Of a DNA stretch of 64,000 nucleotides, positions 42,762 to 52,049 are shown piece after piece. The stretch is taken from the NCBI GenBank assembly GCA_963768055.1, contig CAVYGN010000001.1:992001-1056000 (forward strand), given 5' to 3'. The DNA comes from an uncultured Spirochaetota bacterium (GTDB lineage Bacteria > Spirochaetota > Brevinematia > Brevinematales > JAOACQ01). Each line of letters begins with the position of its first letter. Within the stretch, counting starts at the first letter, position 1. The notes below the pieces were generated by a model. The model was not told the origin of the DNA. It made no database searches and was given only the letters and a program-made list of their open reading frames with translations. Made by a program: the position numbers and the translations under genes.

Positions 42762-44597
42762 ATGATAAACCTTTTAAACATAGCCTATTATTTTTCTTTT
42801 CTTATATGTGTTTGGCTTATCTTTTTTATTATCTCAAAAAATCCGAAAGGCTTGGCAAATAAAGTTTGTGCCATGCTTATTTTATGTTTTGCGATCTGGA
42901 ATTTTTCGGTTTTGTTTTTGCAAAATTCGAAGTCCGGGAATGAAGCAATGTTATGGAAAAATATTTCTTCATTTGGATGGTGCGGTTTCGCCGGCTTCGC
43001 AATCTGGCTTTCATATATTATAACATGGAAGGATATCGGAAAGAAAATTATAAAATGGCACTTTTACCCCCTTATCTTCATATTTCCTGCTTTCTTTATT
43101 TTTATGCAATGGAACGGTTATCTGGTTGTTAACTTTACGAAACATGCATATGGGTGGGTATATGAATGGTCTACATCAATCTGGCCCATGCTTTTTTTTG
43201 TGTACTATTTTTCGTTTATTATCCTTGCGTTGGCTTTTGCTTATTTGTCTATAAATAAAAGAATTTATAATTTTGAAAAAAAAAGAAAGAGATTAATTAT
43301 TATTTCAGCATCGATTTTTCTTATTGCCGCTTCTACTACCGAAATTGTTCTGCCGCTATTAAAAGTTTACATCGTTCCACCGATAGGCTCAATCTTTTCA
43401 GTCATTCTGGCTGCGGCTTTTGTATACTCGATAAACAAATACAAATTTTTGTCACTTAATCCGGCATATGCCGCATCCGACATAATTTCAAACATGAGCG
43501 ATTCTTTAATCCTTATTGACAGTGAAAGCAAAATCATTGAAGCAAACAACGCCCTATTGAATATGCTCGGATATTCAAGTTATGAACTTATCGGCAGCGG
43601 GGCTGAAAAATTATTTATGGGGCAAAGGCCGGCGAATGCCGCCGTTAAATGGGAACTTTTATTTAAAAAAGAATCTTTCAAAAATATAAAAATTGTATTT
43701 AGAACTAAAGACGGCGATGATATTCCTATAAGTTTTTCGGGCTCGGCTATGAAAGATAATGAAGGTAATTATATAGGGATAGTTTGTATAGGCAGGGATA
43801 TGAGGGAGATATATCGGCTGCAGGAAAGGGAACAGGAACTTGTGGCTGAAAAGGCCCGTACAGAAGCATTTCAGGAAAGGGCCCGGGAATTACAAAAAGC
43901 ATATGACAGTTTAAAGACAGCTCAAACTCAGCTCATACAATCCGAGAAAATGGCTGCTGTAGGGAGGCTGGCCGGCGGTGTGGCTCATGAAATCAACAAT
44001 CCATTGGGAGTCATACTTGGGTTTGCCCAGAGCATAATAAAAAGAATAAAAGAGGACGATCCGCTTTATATACCTTTAAAATCGATTGAGAGAGAGGTGA
44101 TCAGATGCAGGAAAATGATTGTTGATTTATTAAAATTTTCCAGGACAGAAAATACTATGGCCGAAGATATTAATTTAAACAGGACAATTGAAGAGACATT
44201 ATCTTTTGTCGGGTCCCGCGCCAAAGTAATGGGAATTGATATTATCAAAGAATTTCAGGATGATCTGCCTCTGATAAGGGCCAATAACAACCAGATTCAG
44301 CAGTTAATAGTTAACCTATGCAACAATGCAATAGAATCTATGCCTGAAGGCGGTAAAATAAAGATAACTACAGGAAGGATTGGCAATAGCCTGGAGTTTT
44401 CGATAAGCGACACAGGTATAGGTATGAGTGAGGAAAATAAAATGCATATATTCGAACCCTTCTATGCCACAACAGGTTTAAGCGTATGCCGGGAGATTAT
44501 CAATAAACATAATGGAACTATTGAAGTTGAAAGTGTATTAAATAACGGGACTTTATATAAAATAAACTTACCTTTAGATGCGTGCTTTAATAAATAA
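42762..44597 (+). CDS. 7TM-PAS sensor histidine kinase paralog lacking the G2 box
   Basis: Same architecture and H-box as 40899..42752, but reads FEPFYATTGLS. Confidence 0.9.
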   Translation: MINLLNIAYYFSFLICVWLIFFIISKNPKGLANKVCAMLILCFAIWNFSVLFLQNSKSGNEAMLWKNISSFGWCGFAGFAIWLSYIITWKDIGKKIIKWHFYPLIFIFPAFFIFMQWNGYLVVNFTKHAYGWVYEWSTSIWPMLFFVYYFSFIILALAFAYLSINKRIYNFEKKRKRLIIISASIFLIAASTTEIVLPLLKVYIVPPIGSIFSVILAAAFVYSINKYKFLSLNPAYAASDIISNMSDSLILIDSESKIIEANNALLNMLGYSSYELIGSGAEKLFMGQRPANAAVKWELLFKKESFKNIKIVFRTKDGDDIPISFSGSAMKDNEGNYIGIVCIGRDMREIYRLQEREQELVAEKARTEAFQERARELQKAYDSLKTAQTQLIQSEKMAAVGRLAGGVAHEINNPLGVILGFAQSIIKRIKEDDPLYIPLKSIEREVIRCRKMIVDLLKFSRTENTMAEDINLNRTIEETLSFVGSRAKVMGIDIIKEFQDDLPLIRANNNQIQQLIVNLCNNAIESMPEGGKIKITTGRIGNSLEFSISDTGIGMSEENKMHIFEPFYATTGLSVCREIINKHNGTIEVESVLNNGTLYKINLPLDACFNK

Positions 44598-44604
44598 CTT
44601 TATA

Positions 44605-46656
44605 TTACTGGCTCTTAAGCTGTCCGTTAAGCCATTTTTCTTTGTTGGCGGTTTCTGTCAGGACCTGGTTCATTTTGCCGTATTTTTCTCTAAGGTCCTG
44701 TTCGTATGTAACAAGATCCCTGTTCATTTTTTCTATTTCTTTCTGCTCATCGCCGATTTTCCTGTTGTTAAACACTATCCTCTCATCGAAGAAGCTTCCC
44801 GTCCCTATGCTGAGACGGAGGGTCTGGTTGACCGATACCGCTGCGCCCGAATCTTTGACCATGTCGCCATGGGTATCATAAGCGAAAAGCTGTTCGACGC
44901 CGTCGAATCTGCTTTTTAAGGCGTTGCGGAATTTCTCAAGTTCTATATTCAAAAGACCCATCTTCGTGGAATTCCATTCTTCTGAATTTACGCTGAAAGT
45001 ACCGTTCTTTTTTGTATAGATTCCTATCTGTTCAAGAAGCGAAAGCTCCCTTGTGTAGACTGTTTTATAAGGAGCGGCAGGGATAGTCCTGAGTCTGTTC
45101 ATGAGTATAATAACCGGACTTTCGGTTTGGAAAGCACCGATTTTAAGATTATCCGGGCTCCTCTGACTTAGCGGGGTATGGTCGAGACTGGGTGTCGTTA
45201 CAATATGAAGATATTCCATGGATTTATTATAGCTGTCGATCCATGCCAATAGAGCGTCTTCGATCTTTTTATAGTCATGGTCTATAGAGGCCGTTACCTG
45301 TTCCTTTGATTCCGATTTAAGGTTTAGGGTCACTCCGTCGACTAGGTTGTCGATGATGTTCTTATCCCTTTTAACTTCAACGCCGTCAAAATTGATAATG
45401 GAATCGCTGGCCTTGCTGATAACGTTTTTAGGCTGAATACCGCCCTCGGATATTTTAGTGACAAGGCGGGCGTCCGAGATCATGAATTCCCTGTCGGTGT
45501 TTTTATTTCTTACGGTAACCTTATCTATTGTTTTGTCTTTATATGTAGCAAGCGAATTGCTGAAATTTCCAGTATTATCGATATAATAACTTTTGACGGT
45601 TCCGTCGTCGAAAGATAGAGTCAGGATTTCAGTGAAATTAGATACGGTTTCCGGCGGAATTTTCTTTTCCTCGTAATAGGTTATGAGGCTTCCTCCCGAA
45701 ACTGTTACATTGGAAACCGATACCGGTTCCATTAAATTTATATCGACGTTTGTAGCATTGATATTGGATTCCTTGGATACCGGGTTGTAAGGGCTCATTG
45801 AGGCGTTAAAATAGAAAATGGAACCTTCGGTTATTTTGATATTATCCTGGGACAGGTTTACTTCGCCTTCGTCGCCGGGCAGGAGGCGAACCCTGTTGGA
45901 ATCGGATGTAATAGGGTTTGCAGACCTGGCAGTCAGCTTGCTGAAATCTATATTTTTTTCATCGGTTTTAGCCTCGCCCTCACCCAAAAGGTTTATTTCC
46001 TTGAGGGCGGAAATATCACCGCTAAATTTAAGCTTATTCTTTTCCCCTGTCTCTTTACCGCTTATTACCAGGATTGACGATGCGTCGGTGTCGTTAATTA
46101 TACGGACCTCGATGGCGTCCTGGGCCTGCTGCTGCAGGGCGTCCGCGAGCTGGTAAATGGTCCCGCCGGCGAATTTAAATTTTAAGATTTTACCGCTTAT
46201 AGTTATGGTGAATTCGCAAGGCGGAAGGGTCTTGTCCTTCGGGAATGAAGAACTCTTAAAAGAATCCGGCTTGGCAATTTGAAGAACTGTTATTTTGTAA
46301 GTATCTTTTTTAGCCTTTCTTTCAGCGGAGACATCGAGAACAGCGGGGTCTGAAGAACTGCCGACCATTTCCCTGAAAGGGGTTTTAAAGTCATACAGTG
46401 CCCTAGATTTCTCATCCAGGTCTCTCAAATATTTAGTAAGGTCTTTTACTATATCGTTTTCAAGCTTGTAATCCTGAATTTCAGTTTCTTTTTTTTGTAT
46501 GGGAATCTTCTTTATCAAAAGGAATTTCTGTATCGTATCTTCTGTATTTATCTGATTATTTCCGGGAATATTGAAGTGCACCTGGTTATTGGCATCCTGT
46601 GAAAACGCCGCCGCGTAAAACCCCGCCAGGATTAAAAATATTATAGATACTCTCAT
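44605..46656 (-). CDS. fliD: Flagellar filament cap protein FliD (spirochaete-type, with N-terminal extension)
   Basis: IPG...NTEDTIQK...IP, SSSDPAVL, ITVLQIAKPDSFKS, FDGVEVKRDKNIIDNLVDGVTLNL, L.QIGI.T, C-terminal LREKYGKM. Confidence 0.88.
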   Translation of the reverse strand: MRVSIIFLILAGFYAAAFSQDANNQVHFNIPGNNQINTEDTIQKFLLIKKIPIQKKETEIQDYKLENDIVKDLTKYLRDLDEKSRALYDFKTPFREMVGSSSDPAVLDVSAERKAKKDTYKITVLQIAKPDSFKSSSFPKDKTLPPCEFTITISGKILKFKFAGGTIYQLADALQQQAQDAIEVRIINDTDASSILVISGKETGEKNKLKFSGDISALKEINLLGEGEAKTDEKNIDFSKLTARSANPITSDSNRVRLLPGDEGEVNLSQDNIKITEGSIFYFNASMSPYNPVSKESNINATNVDINLMEPVSVSNVTVSGGSLITYYEEKKIPPETVSNFTEILTLSFDDGTVKSYYIDNTGNFSNSLATYKDKTIDKVTVRNKNTDREFMISDARLVTKISEGGIQPKNVISKASDSIINFDGVEVKRDKNIIDNLVDGVTLNLKSESKEQVTASIDHDYKKIEDALLAWIDSYNKSMEYLHIVTTPSLDHTPLSQRSPDNLKIGAFQTESPVIILMNRLRTIPAAPYKTVYTRELSLLEQIGIYTKKNGTFSVNSEEWNSTKMGLLNIELEKFRNALKSRFDGVEQLFAYDTHGDMVKDSGAAVSVNQTLRLSIGTGSFFDERIVFNNRKIGDEQKEIEKMNRDLVTYEQDLREKYGKMNQVLTETANKEKWLNGQLKSQ

Positions 46657-46745
46657 AGAATATCCCCTCTTATATTATACTGTAAATCTATACATATATC
46701 GGAATTTTTACAAATATAAGAAGTTTGCGATAATCCCAGCCCCGT

Positions 46746-47912
46746 TTAAGCTTTCTTCGCGGCCTTTCCCGGCCTGTTCGTGATAACGATAATTGTTACT
46801 GCTATGGAGGCGGCTACGACAATAGCAAGGGCTATTACACTATGTGCTAACATAGAAACAATAATCGTGATTATCGAAAGGGGCAAAGCTATGAGAAAAG
46901 CTATCCCTCCGATCAGGAACCTGCTGACAGTTCCGATTACCGATACTATATCGAGCAGGACGCTGATAGGTTCAAAAACCAGGAAAATTCCAAGCCACAT
47001 CATTATAAAACCTGTAAGCCTTAATATCCAGCCGAGTGTTGAAAACTCACTATGAAGTGTCTGGATGGCCGCCTGCCTGTCAGAATTAAATATCCTGTAT
47101 AATTTTCCGAAAAGCTTGTCGACAATCCTTTTATTGCCGACGGAAAAAGGTTTGAGGGTAATATTTTCAGGATCGATGCTGCCGAACGCCGTTCCAGTAA
47201 ATCCTGATTTTAAGACCCGGTAACTTACCCGTAAATCGCCAAGGCGGGGTGTATCTATGCCGCCTTTGCCATTGTAAATATAATCTCCGGAAATTTCATT
47301 TCGGCCGCTGCCGATATTTACTTTCAAATTTACAAGCTCCGGTGAAATAGGTGAAATCGATTCTTCGGCGGGCAGGTCAAGTCCGGCCGTAGGGATTTTA
47401 TATAATCCCATTTTTATCTCGTTTACTCTTTTTGTGGCGCTTTTTATTTCCATTTCAGGATTTTCATGTCCGGACTTATGAAAGGACTTTCCGGGCTCAT
47501 CTGTCCACTCTTTTGCATATGAATAAGTCGTTACGGTAGTTGAACCGCCGCCTACGGCGTCTTTATGGGTTTCACTGCGCCTGTGTTCAACCCATGCGTA
47601 CATTTCGGCTTTTCTAAAGACTTCCAGGTATTTCCCGTTCTTAAGGAATAAGCCGTCTCCGATTGTTTCACTGGAATTGACTACTCCGTTTAGAGATACG
47701 ATCTGGCCGTTGGTAACATTAGCGGGCCTGGAATTAATATCCATTACGGCAGACAACCGGGCATATTTTGAAAGGTCGACCCTTCCCTCGTTCAGAAAGA
47801 GGACCGCAAATGAACCGAAAAATAAAACTATCCCGACCAATACTCCGATCAGGGAATTGCCAATTCTGCCTCCAAAACCCTGTGACGTTACTTCTGAAAA
47901 TTCATCGGCCAT
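46746..47912 (-). CDS. TMEM43/DUF1625 family membrane protein
   Basis: LF.NEGR, R.AEMYAWVE, Y.KEW, HENP, P.LGDLRVSY, W..R..GF..M..G. Confidence 0.85.
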   Translation of the reverse strand: MADEFSEVTSQGFGGRIGNSLIGVLVGIVLFFGSFAVLFLNEGRVDLSKYARLSAVMDINSRPANVTNGQIVSLNGVVNSSETIGDGLFLKNGKYLEVFRKAEMYAWVEHRRSETHKDAVGGGSTTVTTYSYAKEWTDEPGKSFHKSGHENPEMEIKSATKRVNEIKMGLYKIPTAGLDLPAEESISPISPELVNLKVNIGSGRNEISGDYIYNGKGGIDTPRLGDLRVSYRVLKSGFTGTAFGSIDPENITLKPFSVGNKRIVDKLFGKLYRIFNSDRQAAIQTLHSEFSTLGWILRLTGFIMMWLGIFLVFEPISVLLDIVSVIGTVSRFLIGGIAFLIALPLSIITIIVSMLAHSVIALAIVVAASIAVTIIVITNRPGKAAKKA

Positions 47913-48037
47913 GGAGTACCTCCCAAATTTTTATTTAAATCTGTAATCCGATAAATTGTATTTAAATTTATTAAAAACGACAAATATTTTCCTGATATTT
48001 TTAAAATTGTTCAGGTCGCATCTACCTTTCGGGTACC

Positions 48038-48133
48038 GGCTTGTCCGGTAAAAAGGCAGTTATTAGAAGTGCCCTTAATATTAAACAGTAAATTTTTAAT
48101 ACGGGGCTTGTTCTTGAATTATTGAAAGTGCCC
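48038..48133 (-). mobile_element. Nested MITE remnants (copy E)
   Basis: 48075-48133 on the minus strand (gggcactttcaataattcaagaa...) matches the left end of copies A/C. 48038-48074 (ggcttgtcc..ggcagttattagaagtgccc) matches the right end of copy B and abuts TTA. Confidence 0.7.
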
Positions 48134-48184
48134 TTTATAATTATAATATTATTCGGCCGTCTCTGGACTGCGGAGGGGGATTTT

Positions 48185-48322
48185 ATGAATATAACGAATC
48201 TGACAAATGCATCTTCAGTCCTGGCTAAAAGTAAAAGCAATGCTTTGGAAACGCTTTTAATTATTTCAGTATTTCTGTTAGTAGTGCTTTTATTGATCTC
48301 ATTCAATAGAAGGCTTAAATAA
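48185..48322 (+). CDS. 45-aa single-TM small protein
   Basis: Strong RBS ggaggggga. MNITNLTNASSVLAKSKSNALETLLIISVFLLVVLLLISFNRRLK. Confidence 0.55.
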   Translation: MNITNLTNASSVLAKSKSNALETLLIISVFLLVVLLLISFNRRLK

Positions 48323-48422
48323 ATGAATCAAAATTTCATTATTGGTGTACTCTAACTGCCCGCGGTAATTTTCCGTTATTTAAGGTTTAATGTATAATTA
48401 TCACTAAAAAAAGGAGAATACT

Positions 48423-48827
48423 ATGATCGACAGGATGAATGATGAAATGGTTAGGGCCGTAATTGAAACGGTCCCGGTTGAAATAACTGTTATCGACGCA
48501 AACGATGAAGTTGCCGGCTGGAACCAGCATGATACGAGGCTGTTTTTCAGGCCTATGACGTCGTTAGGCCTTAATTTCCGGGAATGCCATCCGAAGGAAA
48601 GTCTTTCCAAGGTAGAAGCCATAGTCAGTGAAATGAGATCGGGCAAAAGGGACAGGGCTCGCTTCTGGATAGATCTGACTGTAAAAAAGGGTGAAAAGAA
48701 ACACAAGGTTTTAATCGAATTTTTCGCTCTGCGTGACGGCAGCGGAAAATATCTCGGGTGCATGGAATGTACGAGGGACGTGGATGATATTTTGTCCCTC
48801 GAAGGGGAAAAGAGACTTTTGGATTGA
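48423..48827 (+). CDS. Stand-alone PAS-domain protein (PAS_10/DUF438-associated type)
   Basis: PVEITVIDAND, RECHPKESLSKV, ARFWID, FFALRD..GKYLGCME. Confidence 0.85.
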   Translation: MIDRMNDEMVRAVIETVPVEITVIDANDEVAGWNQHDTRLFFRPMTSLGLNFRECHPKESLSKVEAIVSEMRSGKRDRARFWIDLTVKKGEKKHKVLIEFFALRDGSGKYLGCMECTRDVDDILSLEGEKRLLD

Positions 48828-48909
48828 TACGGTCTGCTTGTCCCCAGGCGAAAAACTTCGATCAAAAAGCTCAGTCCTATCCCAACCAAATTTAAGACAA
48901 TAAGAGATC

Positions 48910-49878
48910 TCATATTGATTGAGTCGCCCCGCAATAATAATGGAAGGCCGCTCCTGAATAACTTAAATGAAAGCCTGCATCTTCCGCTGCTTCTATCAAC
49001 CCGGCATTTTCGGCGTCAAGCCAGAGATCGAGAAGGCAATAGTCATTGAGCCTGGTTTTGATGTCATTGAGCATTTCGGCTTCAATACCCTTTTCTTTAT
49101 ATTTATTTAGGACAATTACGTCAAGGATCTTATAGGCAGTTTTATCCGTCATCAGCGTTTTTCTGCAGATATCATCATTTATGATGTTGATAAATCCTGC
49201 CGGATCTTTACCCTGCCAGTAGATAAAGCATTTTGACTTACCTTTATATAAGCTTCTGCGAGCGTTGTCGATAAGGTATTCAAGCAGGCCTCCCCTGTCT
49301 GAATTTCTTTCTTTTAATAACGAGACTGGCCTTGACAGGTTTTGAAGGAATATTTCGATTTCAGGGCCATCGGGAGGAGCGATATGTTCGCTTAATGTCC
49401 CGGCCCGGCCGTTGCCTTGATAATACCTGAAAATATGCCAGCCCATTCTGAAACGGAATCCGCTCGATTCATAGATCTGGATTGCCGGGTAATTATAAAG
49501 ATCGGTACCGACGGTTATAATCTCCGCGTTAATTCCGCAAAGTCTCTCAAGTGCTATAGTTACAAGATGCCTGCCTATACCTTGGCCCCTGTGGCTCGGG
49601 TGTACTGCAAGAAGAAGAATGCTCCCTGTTTTTTTCCCTGCAGCAATTGAGAGCGGAAGATTCATGCAGTAAGTGATAAATCCGATTACCTCGTTGTTTT
49701 CTTCAGCTACGAAGGATGAGGAAGTTGGGGAGAGGAGCATATCGTATGCGAAAGCCGGGTATGTGGTATCGGTGATGCTCGTCAAGTGCTTGTCGAACGA
49801 ATAGGGGGAAGTATCGAAAAGGCGTGATAATTCTATCAGTTCAGGTATATCTCCGTTTACGGAATCCCTATAAATCAT
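48910..49878 (-). CDS. GNAT family N-acetyltransferase (tandem GNAT)
   Basis: LAVHPSHRGQGIG, N.PA..IYESSGF, and a second degenerate GNAT. Confidence 0.85.
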   Translation of the reverse strand: MIYRDSVNGDIPELIELSRLFDTSPYSFDKHLTSITDTTYPAFAYDMLLSPTSSSFVAEENNEVIGFITYCMNLPLSIAAGKKTGSILLLAVHPSHRGQGIGRHLVTIALERLCGINAEIITVGTDLYNYPAIQIYESSGFRFRMGWHIFRYYQGNGRAGTLSEHIAPPDGPEIEIFLQNLSRPVSLLKERNSDRGGLLEYLIDNARRSLYKGKSKCFIYWQGKDPAGFINIINDDICRKTLMTDKTAYKILDVIVLNKYKEKGIEAEMLNDIKTRLNDYCLLDLWLDAENAGLIEAAEDAGFHLSYSGAAFHYYCGATQSI

Positions 49879-49886
49879 TTAAATAA

Positions 49887-51644
49887 TTATGGATTTATTA
49901 CGTCGATCTGCGTCAAATCGTCATTTTTAAGCACAATGATCTTCTTATCGGAATCGTTTACGTAAATAGAATCCCCAAAAAAAGTGATTCCTGTATCCGG
50001 ATCTACCTGTGTTTCAGACTGGGCGACTTTTTCCAGCTTTTCATCGAATTTTCCCACGTAATAAGCGAAATGCGACAATATTATTGAGTATATGAAATCC
50101 TGTCTGACCTCAACGAAGCTTCTCCAGAATATATTGTCTTTGCCCTGGTATTTAGGGATCAGTGTTTTGTTGTCGAGAAGGACAAGAAAATGATCCGATT
50201 GATGATTGTCGGTACTGTAGCCGATAACGACTACCCCGTCCTTGAATACGTCGAATTTATGTCCGCATATATCTTTGAAGGGGGAAGTGATCTCAACTTT
50301 TTTTGTAACCGGGTTGATTATGTTCATCTCATTATTATAATGCCCCTGGGGTATGTATTGTTTTATTTTCAGGTAATAGAACTTTCCCTCGAATATGCTT
50401 TTATCGGGGGTATTCTTTTTAAGTTCTTCCTCTCTCTTTGAAAGTTCAAGGGCCTTCTGGTCAAGTTCAGCTGTTTTGTTGCTTATTTCCTGGCTTGCAT
50501 TTACCGGCGTATTGGCGTTTGTTGCGCCGGTCTCATCTTTTTTGATCTCTTCAGATGCTTTTTTTACATTTTCTTCATTTTGAGTGTTTTTCAATTCCTG
50601 ATTCGTGACTTTTTCTATATCCTTTTTTAAAGTCTCCTTTTGAGCCGCGGTATTATTTTCTTCTTTATTTATCTGTTTTTCAGTGTTTTGAATATCTTTT
50701 TTTTGTTTTTCAATTACCTTTTCATTATTAGAGATTTGTTTTTCCTTTAAAGCTTTTTCATTTTTATCCTTTGTATTATTCAATTCCTCTTTTTTCTTAT
50801 TAAGATCGTTTTCAGAATTTGTCAATTCCTGCTTTTTCTTTTCAAGATCCGCTTTTTTTTCTTCCGTCTTTTTTTCCCGTTCATTGACTGTTATAGTATT
50901 CTTTTCTATCTCTTTTTTCTTTTCTTCCACTGTTTTCTTCGATTCTTCAATTTCTTTCTTTTGTATCTCATTTATCTGTTTCCGCTCCTTGAGGCCTTTG
51001 TCTTCACGATTTTTCAAAAGATCGATGACTTCTCTGCCTGTGATTTCGCCTGTATCCAGCAGGCCTGCTTCCCCCTTTTTAAGGTCGTCTGTGAGGGGAA
51101 TAATCATCTTGGTTTTTCCCGGCCATTCCGAGTAAAGGACATCAATTCCGGAGTTTCCTCCGGATATATTATCCATAACTATTTTTTTATACCTGGCGGA
51201 AAAATAGGCGATGTCGTTCCTGTGGACTGCATTATAATAGGATACGAATATTGCGATTATCATGGAGTCGGCGGGCGAGTAACCGTAACGGCGGGACAAA
51301 TAACTCGAAACGATCAGCCTGACGCTGTCAATATGGTCTATTTTAGCGCCGGGAAGGATGGAAAATATGTCGGAGTCGATCCCGTTAGTATCTTTCGAGT
51401 TTACGGCATGAATTATTGAAAATAAAAGATAGCTGTAAAACTGGTTATATGAAACCGACATTTCGGCCAGGGACCTGCCGATACCGATTCTCTGTAACGG
51501 GCTTACCGGAGCGTTTCGAGGGCCTTCATAGTTTATGAATTTTATTTTTTGAGATTCCTTTAACTCTTCAACATCAACCTTATAAGAAAATAAAAAAGAA
51601 AAAAACAGGAAAAAAAGGGCGGCGGTCGTCAAAATACGTTTCAT
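49887..51644 (-). CDS. P83/100-family spirochaetal antigen with long K/E/N-rich coiled coil
   Basis: IKFINYEGP, DSDIFSI...IDHIDSVRLIVSSYL...YYNAVHR...WPGKTKMIIPL. Confidence 0.85.
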   Translation of the reverse strand: MKRILTTAALFFLFFSFLFSYKVDVEELKESQKIKFINYEGPRNAPVSPLQRIGIGRSLAEMSVSYNQFYSYLLFSIIHAVNSKDTNGIDSDIFSILPGAKIDHIDSVRLIVSSYLSRRYGYSPADSMIIAIFVSYYNAVHRNDIAYFSARYKKIVMDNISGGNSGIDVLYSEWPGKTKMIIPLTDDLKKGEAGLLDTGEITGREVIDLLKNREDKGLKERKQINEIQKKEIEESKKTVEEKKKEIEKNTITVNEREKKTEEKKADLEKKKQELTNSENDLNKKKEELNNTKDKNEKALKEKQISNNEKVIEKQKKDIQNTEKQINKEENNTAAQKETLKKDIEKVTNQELKNTQNEENVKKASEEIKKDETGATNANTPVNASQEISNKTAELDQKALELSKREEELKKNTPDKSIFEGKFYYLKIKQYIPQGHYNNEMNIINPVTKKVEITSPFKDICGHKFDVFKDGVVVIGYSTDNHQSDHFLVLLDNKTLIPKYQGKDNIFWRSFVEVRQDFIYSIILSHFAYYVGKFDEKLEKVAQSETQVDPDTGITFFGDSIYVNDSDKKIIVLKNDDLTQIDVINP

Positions 51645-51685
51645 CCTCGATACCTCCTAAATAGCTTATCATTATATGATAAGAT

Positions 51686-51714
51686 ATTATAAAAAACTAT
51701 GATATTTAAATCAA
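51686..51714 (-). promoter_or_regulatory. Sigma-70 promoter of the P83/100 gene
   Basis: TTGATT-N17-TATAAT on the minus strand. Confidence 0.65.
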
Positions 51715-51721
51715 CAAGGTA

Positions 51722-51800
51722 TAAAAATAAAAGCGGCCGGACTGATCCCCCTGCAGGCAGTCCGGCCGGCTGAAAAAATAATTAACCCCCCTACCATCCG
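51722..51800 (-). ncRNA. Candidate ~75-nt small RNA (promoter plus intrinsic terminator)
   Basis: TTGACT-N18-TATAAT at 51835-51806, then hairpin ggccggactg/cagtccggcc (about 51735-51767) followed by TTTTATTTTT. Confidence 0.4.
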
Positions 51801-52049
51801 CACCTATTATATTAAATAGTACTAAAAAAAGTCAATACGTCTTTGTACGTATTTACGCATGCAATAGTAACTAAATTATGCTGATTAAATATCAACAATT
51901 CATTGCTATATACATTTGTCAAAAAAAAATCTGATTATACGATAAGTGCCGTCTGCCTTTTGTTTGTACAATTAAAAGGCGTCATTATTTGTTGATTTTT
52001 CTCAAAGGGTGTATAATATTATCGTTTATATTATGTTGGGAGGACAATT

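Noticed and set aside
50440..50980. Low-complexity T-rich stretch
   Set aside because: Explained by the K/E/N-rich coiled coil of the P83/100 protein on the minus strand.
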